From: Zoogloea sp. | GTDB lineage: Bacteria > Pseudomonadota > Gammaproteobacteria > Burkholderiales > Rhodocyclaceae | Assembly (NCBI RefSeq): GCF_009026175.1 | Contig: NZ_WBTZ01000002.1 | Length of the DNA stretch: 64,000 nucleotides | Strand: one strand, 5' to 3' | In this document: positions 48,501 through 57,092 of the stretch, piece by piece | Numbering within the stretch: the first letter of the stretch is position 1 | Layout of the letters: each line of letters opens with the position of its first letter | Notes under the pieces: model-generated | What the model was told of the DNA's origin: nothing | The model's database searches: none | What the model saw: only the letters and a program-made list of their open reading frames with translations | Program-made: the position numbers and the translations under genes

Positions 48501-48736
48501 GACTTGGGCACCGACAGCATGGCCGTGGTGAGGGGGTAGGTCACCTGGTCCTCCACCACCTGCGGCGCCTGGCCGGGGTATTCGGTGTAGACGATGACCT
48601 GCACGTCCGACAGGTCGGGCAGTGCATCGATGGGGGTGCGCAGCACGGCGAAGATGCCCGCCACGATGATGAACAGGGTGGCCAGCAGGACCAGGAAGCG
48701 GTTCCGGCCCGACCAGTCGATGAGCTTGGCAAGCAT
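45593..48736 (-). CDS. cusA: CusA/SilA-type heavy-metal RND efflux pump
   Basis: DALPDLSDVQVI, GPDATGVGWV, AIGAMIDAAIVMIEN and ERVRPKMMT motifs. Confidence 0.93.
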   Translation of the reverse strand: MLAKLIDWSGRNRFLVLLATLFIIVAGIFAVLRTPIDALPDLSDVQVIVYTEYPGQAPQVVEDQVTYPLTTAMLSVPKSKVVRGFSFFGASFVYVIFEDGTDIYWARSRVLEYLNFAAGRMPKGVTPQIGPDATGVGWVYQYALVARDKTLAELRSIQDWYVRYQLAKAHGVAEVASVGGFVQTYQVTVDPVKLRAYGIPLMKVAQVIRDSNRDVGGRVVEMAETEYMVRGKGYLRGREDIGALVVKTAGGTPVQIRDIARVELAPDERRGLTELNGEGEVVAGIAMARYGQNALEVIHNLKDKIAEIGPGLPEGVTVQTVYDRSELIHRAIETLKRTLIEESLIVALVCVVFLLHLRSALVAILMLPVGVLMAFIAMRLLGMNSNLMSLGGIAIAIGAMIDAAIVMIENAHKHLERLPEGHSGRERFEAMLGACKEVGPALFFSLLIITVSFLPVFTLEGQEGRLFSPLAYTKTFSMAAAALLSISLVPVLMLLFIRGRILPEAKNPVNRLLIWGYRPVIAWVMRWKKLTIALAVLVLALSVYPASRLGSEFMPTLNEGSLLYMPASLPGMSMTKAAELMQTQDKIIKSFPEVASVFGKAGRANTATDPAPPEMFETVINLKPQSEWRPGMTTDGLIAELDKALQFPGVANSWTMPIKARTDMLSTGIRTPIGIKVFGKDLDEMEKLAKQIEAVVKTVPGTTSAFAERITGGFYLGIEPDREQLARYGLAVGEVQDVIASALGGEMVTTTVEGRERYGVTVRYPRELRSDPQQIAREVLVPVMGGAMVPLGQLAKVGVTRGTPGIRTENALLSAYIYVDIRDRDIGGYVADAKKAVAAQIKFPAGYYVTWSGQFEYMERAVEKMKVVIPVTLLSIFVLLYLNFRRLTETLIVMLSVPFALVGGVWLMWLLGYNLSVAVAVGFIALAGVAAETGVVMLIYLDHAWEALKTRCQAEGRAPRVEDLYAAVMEGAVERVRPKMMTVVAIMAGLLPIMWGSGTGSEVMSRIAAPMVGGMLSSTVLTLAVIPAIYALVKQWQLERGRKQGAG

Positions 48737-48748
48737 GGCGGCGTCCTG

Positions 48749-50317
48749 TCAGTGCCCCGTGTGGGAGCTGGCCGGTGTCACGGCGGTGATGACCCACTCG
48801 CCCGGCTGGCGCTCGACGAACTCGATCCCCACCCTGGCCCCCGGCTTGAGGGGCTTGAGCAGCGCCGGGTTGGCCACCTTGAACTCCATGGTCATGGCGG
48901 GCCAGTTGAGCGACGCGACGGGGCCGTGGCTGAGGCTGACGGTGCCTTCCTTCGCATCCACCCCGTCCACCGTTCCTTCCGCCTTGTGGCCCGCCGCCTT
49001 CGGAGCGGCCGCTGGCTGGGCCGCGCTGCCCTGCCCGGCACCGAAGCCGTTGACCGCTGCCTTCAGATTGCTCTCGGCATCGATCAGGAAGTTGGCGGAC
49101 ACCACGACCTGTTCACCGGCCTTCAAGCCGTCGAGAATTTCCACATGGCTGGCACTGCGCCCACCCGGCTTCACTTCGCGGGGCTCGAAGCGGCCTTCAC
49201 CCAGGGCGACCAGCACGATCTGGCGGGTGCCGCTGTCGATCAGCGCCGAGTCGGGCACCACAAGCACCGGCCGGCCGCCGCCGACGGGCAGTTCGAGCTG
49301 GGCGAACATCGATGGTTTCAGCAGTTGCCCGGGATTGGGCAGGTCCACCCGCACCGGCACCGTGCGGGTCTCTGGATTGAGGGTCGGATAGACGTAACTG
49401 ATGCGTCCTTCGAAGACCTTGCCCGGGTAGGCATTGATGCGCATGCGGGCTGGCGCACCGACGCGGATCTGGCCGATGTCCTGCTCGAACACATCGGCCT
49501 GCACCCACACCGAGGACAGGTCGGCCACCTGGTAAAGCACTTCGCCGGGCATGAAGCGCATGCCTTGCACGGCCTTCTTCTCGACGATGATGCCGGCCAC
49601 CGGCGAGCGGAAACTCAATGTCCTCTTGCTTGTGCCGGACTTGGCCAGGGCACGGATCTCGTCTTCCGGAATGTCCCAGTTGCGCAGACGCGACAGGCTC
49701 GATTCCGCCAGCTGGCGCATGCCAGCCTGGGCTTCGCTTCCCGCGTCCCTGAGGGCTTCCACGCCCTGCGCCGCGATGGTGTATTCCCGCTGGGCCGACA
49801 CCAGTTCGGGGCTGTACGCATCGAACAAGGGCTGGCCCTTGCTGACCGGCTGCCCGGTCACGTTGACATGCAGGCGCTCCACGTAGCCTTCGAACTTGGG
49901 GGCGATGGTGAAGCTGCGCCGCTCGTCGATCTCCACGCGGCCGGCCACGCGCAGGCTGCGCTCGAGGCTGCGCACTTCGGCGGCCTCGGTGCGCACGCCC
50001 AGCTTCTGGATCTTCTCGGTGCTGATTCTCAGGGCGCCGGCCGCAGTCGATGGCTCCTCGCCCTCGCCTTCATACACCGGGATGTAGTCCATCCCCATCG
50101 GGTCCTTCTTCGGGCTTGGCGAAGTGTCGGGCAGCCCCATCGGATTGCGGTAATACAGCAGCTTGCGTTCCGTCTTCACGACGCCGGAAGGTGCCTGCGC
50201 CTGGGGTACGCCGCCCTCTCCGTGGCCAGCCTGGGGCCGCTGGCCGAGCCAGTAACCCCCTCCCCCGGCCAGCGCCAGCGCCAGGGTGGCCACGGCAATG
50301 CCTGCGCCGGTCTTCAT
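48749..50317 (-). CDS. cusB: CusB-type membrane fusion protein with N-terminal metal-binding motif and C-terminal CusF-like domain
   Basis: YRNPMG...KDPMGMDYIPVY, SANFLIDAESNL, and C-terminal VSLSHGPVASLNWPAMTMEF. Confidence 0.9.
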   Translation of the reverse strand: MKTGAGIAVATLALALAGGGGYWLGQRPQAGHGEGGVPQAQAPSGVVKTERKLLYYRNPMGLPDTSPSPKKDPMGMDYIPVYEGEGEEPSTAAGALRISTEKIQKLGVRTEAAEVRSLERSLRVAGRVEIDERRSFTIAPKFEGYVERLHVNVTGQPVSKGQPLFDAYSPELVSAQREYTIAAQGVEALRDAGSEAQAGMRQLAESSLSRLRNWDIPEDEIRALAKSGTSKRTLSFRSPVAGIIVEKKAVQGMRFMPGEVLYQVADLSSVWVQADVFEQDIGQIRVGAPARMRINAYPGKVFEGRISYVYPTLNPETRTVPVRVDLPNPGQLLKPSMFAQLELPVGGGRPVLVVPDSALIDSGTRQIVLVALGEGRFEPREVKPGGRSASHVEILDGLKAGEQVVVSANFLIDAESNLKAAVNGFGAGQGSAAQPAAAPKAAGHKAEGTVDGVDAKEGTVSLSHGPVASLNWPAMTMEFKVANPALLKPLKPGARVGIEFVERQPGEWVITAVTPASSHTGH

Positions 50318-51591
50318 AGGTCTTCTCCGAGGATGCGTTCAATGTCAGCCAGGCGAAGCTGCGCTTCGGCCTGAGCCTTGATCTGGTTCTGGCGAGCCTG
50401 CCGGATCTGCCGCTGGGCATCGAGCAGGGTTGCGAAATCGACCTTGCCGGTCTCGTAGCCGGCCAGGGCCGCCTTGAACGTCAGCTCGGACTGCGGCAGG
50501 AGACTGGTTGACGCAAGGGCCTCGGTCCGGCGGGCCGCCTCGAGTCCTGAGAGGTTTTCGGCCAGCTCGCCGAGCACCTGATTGGTCGTTGCGTCACGGC
50601 GGGCCCTTGCCGCCAAGAGCATCGCTTCCGACTCCCGCTCCTGGGCGCGCCGGCTTCCCTGCTGCAGCGGCAGGTTGAGCTCGACCATCAGCTCCCACTC
50701 CTTGACGGAGCCCTGGTACTGGATCGGCGAGACCCCCAGCGTGAAATCGGGGTAGCGGTTCTTGTAGGTGAGTTCCCGGTTCTTCTCGGCAGACCGGATG
50801 CGGGCCTCCTCGGCAAAGAGCTGGGGGTTCCTTGAGCGGACCCGCTCTTCGAGGAGCGCAAGGTCGAGTTGGGCCGGCGCCGGCAAGGGGCGCAGGTGTT
50901 CCGGGGCGGCGAACGGCGATGTGCCGGGCCGTGCAAGAAGGGTGTTCAACCGGGTCTGGAGCTGCCGCCGCTCGTTCTCGAGGGCGACCAGCTCGCTCTT
51001 CATGCCGGTCTGCTCGACCTGAGCCCGGATCACATCCTGTTGCGGGGCGAGGCCCCCTGCGTAGCGGACCTGGGCGATCTTCTCGAGGCGTGTCACCAGA
51101 TCGAGAAGCTCGCGGGTCAACTGTTCGTTGCGATGGACGTACTGGAGTTGCGAGTAAGCGGCCTTGATGCGGGCCGCGAGCTCCGCCCAGGTGCCGCTGG
51201 CACGCCCGGCGGCCCCGCGCGCGTCGAGTTCGGCGATCTCGCGCTTGAGCTCACGTTTGCCGAGCCAGGGCACGTCCTGCATGACCAGATAGCGGGTGCT
51301 GCCCACACGCGCCGGCGCAAGGCTGGGGTTCTGCTCCCCCATGCGGGTGATGTCGCGCAGCTCGGTGCGCAGCTTCGGGTCCGGCAGGGCCCCGGCTGGC
51401 TCCACCCTCTCCGCAGCGGCCTCGGCTTCATGGCGCATGGCCGCGTACTCCGGGTTGCGGGTGCGGGCGTAATCAAGCAGGGATTCGAGGCTGCCGCCGA
51501 GGCCGGCATCACCGGCCTGGGCGGCCAGGCTGCTTGCGCCCAGAAGGAGTGCCCACAGCCAGCGCGTGGGGGGTTTGATCGAGGTACTCAT
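50314..51591 (-). CDS. TolC-family outer-membrane channel (CusC-like)
   Basis: ALPDPKL and YETGKVDFATLLDAQR motifs; signal peptide; start at ATG 51591. Confidence 0.88.
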   Translation of the reverse strand: MSTSIKPPTRWLWALLLGASSLAAQAGDAGLGGSLESLLDYARTRNPEYAAMRHEAEAAAERVEPAGALPDPKLRTELRDITRMGEQNPSLAPARVGSTRYLVMQDVPWLGKRELKREIAELDARGAAGRASGTWAELAARIKAAYSQLQYVHRNEQLTRELLDLVTRLEKIAQVRYAGGLAPQQDVIRAQVEQTGMKSELVALENERRQLQTRLNTLLARPGTSPFAAPEHLRPLPAPAQLDLALLEERVRSRNPQLFAEEARIRSAEKNRELTYKNRYPDFTLGVSPIQYQGSVKEWELMVELNLPLQQGSRRAQERESEAMLLAARARRDATTNQVLGELAENLSGLEAARRTEALASTSLLPQSELTFKAALAGYETGKVDFATLLDAQRQIRQARQNQIKAQAEAQLRLADIERILGEDL

Positions 51592-51637
51592 GGCGGGCTC
51601 CCAGGACCGGCGGCGCCGCGGACGGCCCGCCCGGTCT

Positions 51638-51973
51638 TCAGTTGCGTTCCAGGCGGGTGACGACCATTGCACCGTTGATCTGATCGGCGGCGAAACGGAT
51701 CTTGTCACCGGCCTTCAACTGCTCCAGCCAGGCCGCATCCTTGACCCCGAAGGCCATGGTCATTGCGGGCATTCCGTTGGGCAGCGGGCCGTGGGACAAG
51801 GTCAGCTTGCCAGCAGCCTTGTCCACCTTCTTGACGAGCCCATCAGTCAGCGGCTGGGCGGTGGCTGCGTTGCCGTGCATGGAAGCGTGACTTGCATGAT
51901 CGCTGGCCGCCATCGCGGGGATGGAAACAATGCTACCCAGGCAGAGGGCAAGAACAAGGACAGGAGCTTTCAT
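51638..51973 (-). CDS. cusF: Periplasmic Cu(I)/Ag(I) chaperone CusF
   Basis: GLVKKVD...LTLSHGPL..GMPAMTMAF (His/Met site); signal peptide. Confidence 0.9.
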   Translation of the reverse strand: MKAPVLVLALCLGSIVSIPAMAASDHASHASMHGNAATAQPLTDGLVKKVDKAAGKLTLSHGPLPNGMPAMTMAFGVKDAAWLEQLKAGDKIRFAADQINGAMVVTRLERN

Positions 51974-52182
51974 GGGAGTTTCCTTCAAGAATGGGGGGCA
52001 AATTCAGTGGCGGGCAAACACGCTGCTCGAGCCATCGGCCCTGACGAGCAATGTCTCATAGGGAACCGGCCGGGAGACTCAGGATGGACGACGCTATCAG
52101 TGCCTGGAGATTCATGGCGACGCCTTCAGTGATCGGAGGTTTCCATTGTGACGGCGGCTTCCCGACGGGAAGCTGTCCCGAA

Positions 52183-52200
52183 CATTACATCTCCGTAATC
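52183..52200 (-). promoter_or_regulatory. Cop box (CopR/CusR-type operator)
   Basis: Minus strand GATTACGGAGATGTAATG vs recalled Pseudomonas cop box GCTTACAGAAATGTAATC (14/18); candidate -10 CACAAT at 52150-52145. Confidence 0.65.
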
Positions 52201-52424
52201 TCGCTGCGGGCCCGGTGCCCGTCGCTGGACGCCACGCGTGCCGCACGGGCGTCGGCCGTCAGCTCCGGCAGTTACAGGGCCTCACGAAGTTTCCGGTTAC
52301 GAAATTCCGGCACCGGCAGGACCTCAAGCACGAACCCATTAGGGAAAATGCTGTCGACTGGTCTTCAAGAAGCATGTAGCTTCAGGCTCTTCGGTGTGAT
52401 CCCATGTACTTTGCGGAGTTTCGA

Positions 52425-54575
52425 GTGAAAAAGAGGTTGATCTGGGCCCTTGTTGTTGCAGTTTTCGCGGTACCGGCCCTGTCTGCCGAGTCCTCGGCGG
52501 CGCAGCGTCTGCAGCCTACCGTAGAGCAGGCCCAGACGGCCTATCTGAGCGCCCAGTTGCTGGGACGCTACCATTACAAGACCCAGCCCCTCGATGACAC
52601 CTTGTCGGAGAAGATCTTCGACCGCTATCTCAAGTCGCTCGACCCCGAGCGGCTGATCTTCACCCAGGCGGATATCGACGGCTTCGCCGATTACAGGACG
52701 CGCCTCGACGACGCAATCCAGCGTGGCAACCTGGCGATCCCCTTCACGATCTTCCAGAAGTTCGAGCAACGTACCGTGGAACGCCTGACCTATGCCCGGG
52801 AGCAGCTTCGCCAGGGCTTCGAGTTCGAGGCCCGCGAGAGCTACACCTACATGCGCGACAAGGCCCCCTGGCCCAAGGACGACGCCGAGGTGCGGGACCT
52901 GTGGCGCAAGCGGGTCAAGAATGACTGGCTGCGCCTGCGCCTCGCCGGGAAGGACGACAAGACCATCCGCGAGACCCTGGAGAAGCGCTACGACGGCTTT
53001 CTGACGCGGGCTACCCGCAACAAGAGCGAGGACGTGTTCCAGATCTTCATGAACGCCTTCGCCATGTCCATCGAGCCCCACACGAGCTACCTCGGGCGCA
53101 GCGCTTCTGACGACTTCGACATCTCGATGAGTCTCTCGCTGGTGGGGATCGGTGCGGTGCTGCAGGAGCGGGACGAATACATCACCATCCGCGAACTGGT
53201 GGCGGGGGGGCCGGCCATCCGCTCCGGCAAGCTTGCTGTCGGCGACCGGATCGTCGGCGTCGGTCAGGCGGAAGGGCCGCTCCAGGATGTGGTCGGCACC
53301 CGGGTGGACGAAGTGGTCAAGCTGATCCGGGGGGGCAAGGACACGCGTGTGGTCCTCGACATCCTGCCCGCCGACGCCGGGCCCGATGGCAAGCACCGCC
53401 AGGTGGTGCTCGTCCGCGACAAGATCAAGCTCGAGGAGCAGGCCGCCCGCAAGAGCATCATCAAGGTCGGCGAAGGCCCTGCCCTGCGCCGGATCGGCGT
53501 GATCACCCTGCCGGCCTTCTACGAGGATTTTGAAGGACGCCGGCGCGGCGACAAGGAATACCGCAGCGCCAGCCGCGACGTGGTGCGCCTGCTCGACGAG
53601 TTGCGCAAGGAGAAGGTCGATGGCCTGGTGGTGGACCTGCGCAACAACGGCGGTGGCTCCCTGCGCGAGGCGGTCGAGCTGACCGGTCTGTTCATCGACA
53701 AGGGCCCCGTGGTGCAGCAGCGACGCCCTGACGGCCGCATCGGGGTCGAGAGTGACGAGAACGCCGGGGTCGCCTGGGATGGCCCCATGGCCGTGCTGAT
53801 CAACCGGGGCTCCGCCTCGGCCTCCGAGATCTTCGCTGCCGCGCTGCAGGACTACGGGCGGGCCACCATCATCGGCGAGCAGAGCTTCGGCAAGGGAACG
53901 GTCCAGACCATGATCAATCTGGACGAGATCGCCAAGAACGACAAGCCCAAGTTCGGCGATCTGAAGATGACCGTGGCCCAGTTCTTCCGGGTCAATGGCG
54001 GGACGACCCAGCTGAAGGGCGTGATGCCGGACATCCGCTTCCCTTCGGTGGCGGATCCCGACGCTTATGGCGAGTCAAGCTACGACAACGCCCTGCCCTG
54101 GACCCAGATCGACTCGGCCAGCTTCCGCCCGGCCGGCAATCTCAAGGACACCATTGCCACGCTGCAGAGCCGCCACCAGGCCCGGGTCAGCAAGGACAAG
54201 AGCTTCCAGGCCCTCCTTGAGGACGTTGCCGAAGCCCGACGCCTGCGCGAAACCCGTAGCATTTCGCTGAACGAGTCCGAGAGGCGGCGCGAGAAGGAAA
54301 GTCGTGAAGCCCGTATCAAGGCCCGCGAGAAGATCGATGGTCGCGACAAGCTCACTGCCTTGCTCAAGGACGACGGCCTGCAAAGCGGAGAGCGCACTCT
54401 GGCTGCCGACCTGGCGGCCGAGAAAGCCAGGAAGGACGCAAAGGATATCCTGCTCGATGAAACGGCCCGGATCGTCGCCGACGATGTCGAGCTGCGACTG
54501 AGCCGGCCCCAGCTCGCCCTGCGGGACAAATTGAAGACGGTGCCGCCCGTGCCGGCGGGCACCGCGCTCCGCTAG
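52425..54575 (+). CDS. prc: Tail-specific (carboxy-terminal processing) protease
   Basis: IEPHTSY, GIGAVL, PDZ domain, DLRNNGGG, SASASEI and FGKGTVQ motifs; GTG start after GGAG (ATG 52404 is an alternative). Confidence 0.93.
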   Translation: MKKRLIWALVVAVFAVPALSAESSAAQRLQPTVEQAQTAYLSAQLLGRYHYKTQPLDDTLSEKIFDRYLKSLDPERLIFTQADIDGFADYRTRLDDAIQRGNLAIPFTIFQKFEQRTVERLTYAREQLRQGFEFEARESYTYMRDKAPWPKDDAEVRDLWRKRVKNDWLRLRLAGKDDKTIRETLEKRYDGFLTRATRNKSEDVFQIFMNAFAMSIEPHTSYLGRSASDDFDISMSLSLVGIGAVLQERDEYITIRELVAGGPAIRSGKLAVGDRIVGVGQAEGPLQDVVGTRVDEVVKLIRGGKDTRVVLDILPADAGPDGKHRQVVLVRDKIKLEEQAARKSIIKVGEGPALRRIGVITLPAFYEDFEGRRRGDKEYRSASRDVVRLLDELRKEKVDGLVVDLRNNGGGSLREAVELTGLFIDKGPVVQQRRPDGRIGVESDENAGVAWDGPMAVLINRGSASASEIFAAALQDYGRATIIGEQSFGKGTVQTMINLDEIAKNDKPKFGDLKMTVAQFFRVNGGTTQLKGVMPDIRFPSVADPDAYGESSYDNALPWTQIDSASFRPAGNLKDTIATLQSRHQARVSKDKSFQALLEDVAEARRLRETRSISLNESERRREKESREARIKAREKIDGRDKLTALLKDDGLQSGERTLAADLAAEKARKDAKDILLDETARIVADDVELRLSRPQLALRDKLKTVPPVPAGTALR

Positions 54576-54994
54576 TGCCTGGCGGCGGTCTCGGTTTCGG
54601 CCAGCCGCCCCAGGTAGCGCGACACTTCCCGGCGGGTGGCGGGTACCAGCACCCGCATGGCCTCCCACATCCGCGCCCGCCACTCCCGGGCCGGGCCAGC
54701 CTGCAACAGGCTGAGGGCATCCCAGGCCCGCCAGTCCACCGCGGGCATGCAGGCCCGGTCCTCCGCAGCAAGCGCGCGCGCACTGTCGCCCATCAGCGCC
54801 AGGCCTTCCACCAGTTCATCACGCAGTGCCGGAAAGGCGAAGACGGAGCGCATGTCGCGGCCGTCGGTGCAGCGCTCGATCGCCTCCGCGGCATCCTGGA
54901 GATTGCCCAGCAACACCTTGCGCACAATCCGGTTGCGGAGAGGCGCAGGCGACGAAATGTTGTGTTGCGGGTGGGTCCGTGAGATCTCGGACAT
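54572..54994 (-). CDS. HepT/DUF86-like HEPN-fold protein lacking the RX4-6H motif
   Basis: LQDAAEAIERCTDG...LALMGDSARAL...MPAVDW...W...VP pattern parallels DUF86; no RN..H present. Confidence 0.6.
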   Translation of the reverse strand: MSEISRTHPQHNISSPAPLRNRIVRKVLLGNLQDAAEAIERCTDGRDMRSVFAFPALRDELVEGLALMGDSARALAAEDRACMPAVDWRAWDALSLLQAGPAREWRARMWEAMRVLVPATRREVSRYLGRLAETETAARH

Positions 54995-55173
54995 GGCTGT
55001 GTTCCTGTCTTGAGTCCGGAAAGGCTCCGGGCGCAACGTGTTCATTCACTTGTCACGCGGGGCGGCATTTTAGCGCGCCGGAATGACAGGAAGAAGTCGC
55101 TCCTGCAACAGGATGTGACAGTAAACACAGCGGCATGAAATCAATGACAAATCCGTACCGGAGAGCCCGGCGC

Positions 55174-55202
55174 AAAAAAATGGCGACCCCGGGGGATCGC
55201 CA
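55174..55202 (-). terminator. Rho-independent terminator of hupB
   Basis: Minus strand TGGCGATCCCCCGGGGTCGCCA followed by T7. Confidence 0.85.
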
Positions 55203-55253
55203 CTTCTGATCGTGTTCCGGGGCAGGCCCCGGACACGGCCCGGATGACCGGAC

Positions 55254-55529
55254 TTACTTGTTCACCGCGTCCTTCAGCTTGGAGCCGGCGGAGAACTTGG
55301 GCTGCTTGGAGGCAGCGATCTGGATCTCGGCACCGGTCTGGGGATTGCGACCGACGCGGGCAGCACGTTCGCCGACAGCGAAGGTGCCGAAACCGACGAG
55401 GGTCACGCTCTCGCCCTTGGCCAGGGCTTCGGTGATGATTTCCATGACGCCATCCACGGCGCGGCCTGCGTCGGCCTTGGTCAGACCACTCTTGCCCGCC
55501 AGCGCATCGATCAGTTCAGTCTTGTTCAT
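55254..55529 (-). CDS. hupB: HU DNA-binding protein
   Basis: [25 protein letters not shown] and PKFSAG motifs. Confidence 0.95.
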   Translation of the reverse strand: MNKTELIDALAGKSGLTKADAGRAVDGVMEIITEALAKGESVTLVGFGTFAVGERAARVGRNPQTGAEIQIAASKQPKFSAGSKLKDAVNK

Positions 55530-55711
55530 AGCTCGTATTTGGTAGGTAAAAAAAATGGGTGGATACAGGAGCTGAGGCAGGTGACGCTTTGCGCCTCAAG
55601 CGCGCTACAACACCCGCGGACGCTAGCTTACCCTGCTCTTTTCCACCTGTGGCGCCAATCTCGAGGTTTTCCGCGGTTTTCCACCCACTTTGGGATCGAA
55701 ACGCATGAAAT

Positions 55712-57088
55712 TCAGCTGCTCGCCAGCTCCCGGATCTGCTCCAGCGCCTCTTCGATCCGCTCGACGGCGATCACCCGCATACCCGGGATGTCCTGCTTGG
55801 GCGCGTTGGCACGTGGCACCAGGGCCAGGGTGAAGCCAAGTTTTGCCGACTCCTTGAGGCGTTCCTGCCCCCTCGGGGCCGGCCTGATCTCTCCGGCCAG
55901 GCCGACCTCGCCGAACACGACGAGCTCCCGCGGCAGAGGCCGGTTGGTCAGCGAGGACACGATCGCCAGCAGCACGGCCAGGTCGGCCGCCGGCTCGGCG
56001 ATCTTGACGCCGCCCACCGCATTGACGAACACGTCCTGGTCGAAGCACACCACGCCGGCGTGGCGGTGAATGACCGCCAGCAACATGGCCAGCCGGTTCT
56101 GCTCCAGCCCCACCGACAGCCGCCGCGGACTCGGGCTGTGCGCGCTGTCCACCAGGGCCTGGATCTCGACGAGCAAGGGACGGGTGCCTTCCTGGGTCAC
56201 CAGCACGCAGGAGCCGGCCACCTGCTGGCCATGCTGGGACAGGAAGATGGCCGATGGGTTGGAGACACCCTTGAGCCCCTTCTCGGTCATGGCGAACACA
56301 CCCAGCTCATTGACGGCACCAAAGCGGTTCTTGAAGGCCCGCACCAGGCGGAAGCTGGAGTGCGTGTCGCCCTCGAAATACAGCACGGTGTCCACGATGT
56401 GCTCCAGCACCCGGGGGCCGGCCAGCGCTCCGTCCTTGGTCACATGCCCGACCATGATCAGGGTGCTGCTGCCCTGTTTGGCGAAGCGGGTCAGCTGGGC
56501 CGCGCACTCCCGGACCTGCGCGACCGAGCCTGGGGCTGAGCCCAGGGTTTCGGAATACACGGTCTGGATCGAGTCGATCACGGCCACGTCCGGCCGGACC
56601 TCCCGCAGGGTCGTGAGGATGCGTTCCAGGTTGATCTCGGGCAGCAGCTGCAGACCATGCGCATCCAATTGCAGGCGGGAGGCGCGCAGGGCGACCTGCT
56701 CGGCGGACTCCTCGCCGCTCACGTAGAGCGCCTTGAGGTGTCCGGAAAGCAGCGCCAGCGCCTGCAGCAGCAGGGTGGACTTGCCGATGCCGGGATCGCC
56801 GCCGATCAGGACCACACCGCCTGGAACCAGCCCACCGCCCAATACCCGGTCGAACTCGTCGATCCCCGTGGGAACGCGCGGTGACTCCCGCGGGCTGATG
56901 TCTGCCAGGGTCTGCAGCCGCCCGGTATCACCGGCCAGGGCGCTGAAGCGCTTGGCGACCGGCGCTTCCGGCTCGACCACTGATTCGACCAGGGTGTTCC
57001 AGGCCTTGCAGTGGGGGCACTGGCCCTGCCAGCGGGGAGATTTGCCGCCGCACTCGGAACAGACGTGCTCGGTCTTTGCCTTGGCCAT
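55712..57088 (-). CDS. radA: DNA repair protein RadA/Sms
   Basis: C4 zinc finger, GGDPGIGKST, KNRFG and Lon-like C-domain. Confidence 0.97.
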   Translation of the reverse strand: MAKAKTEHVCSECGGKSPRWQGQCPHCKAWNTLVESVVEPEAPVAKRFSALAGDTGRLQTLADISPRESPRVPTGIDEFDRVLGGGLVPGGVVLIGGDPGIGKSTLLLQALALLSGHLKALYVSGEESAEQVALRASRLQLDAHGLQLLPEINLERILTTLREVRPDVAVIDSIQTVYSETLGSAPGSVAQVRECAAQLTRFAKQGSSTLIMVGHVTKDGALAGPRVLEHIVDTVLYFEGDTHSSFRLVRAFKNRFGAVNELGVFAMTEKGLKGVSNPSAIFLSQHGQQVAGSCVLVTQEGTRPLLVEIQALVDSAHSPSPRRLSVGLEQNRLAMLLAVIHRHAGVVCFDQDVFVNAVGGVKIAEPAADLAVLLAIVSSLTNRPLPRELVVFGEVGLAGEIRPAPRGQERLKESAKLGFTLALVPRANAPKQDIPGMRVIAVERIEEALEQIRELASS

Positions 57089-57092
57089 GCGC

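Noticed and set aside
52056-52115. 19-codon minus-strand ORF (MNLQALIASSILSLPAGSL) in the cus leader; possible frameshifted CopK-like remnant
   Set aside because: Too short, and the similarity in the shifted frame (DGS..VF) is too weak to support
52121-52141. CueR/MerR-type operator
   Set aside because: Arm spacing does not fit ACCTTCC-N7-GGAAGGT and no matching -35 was found
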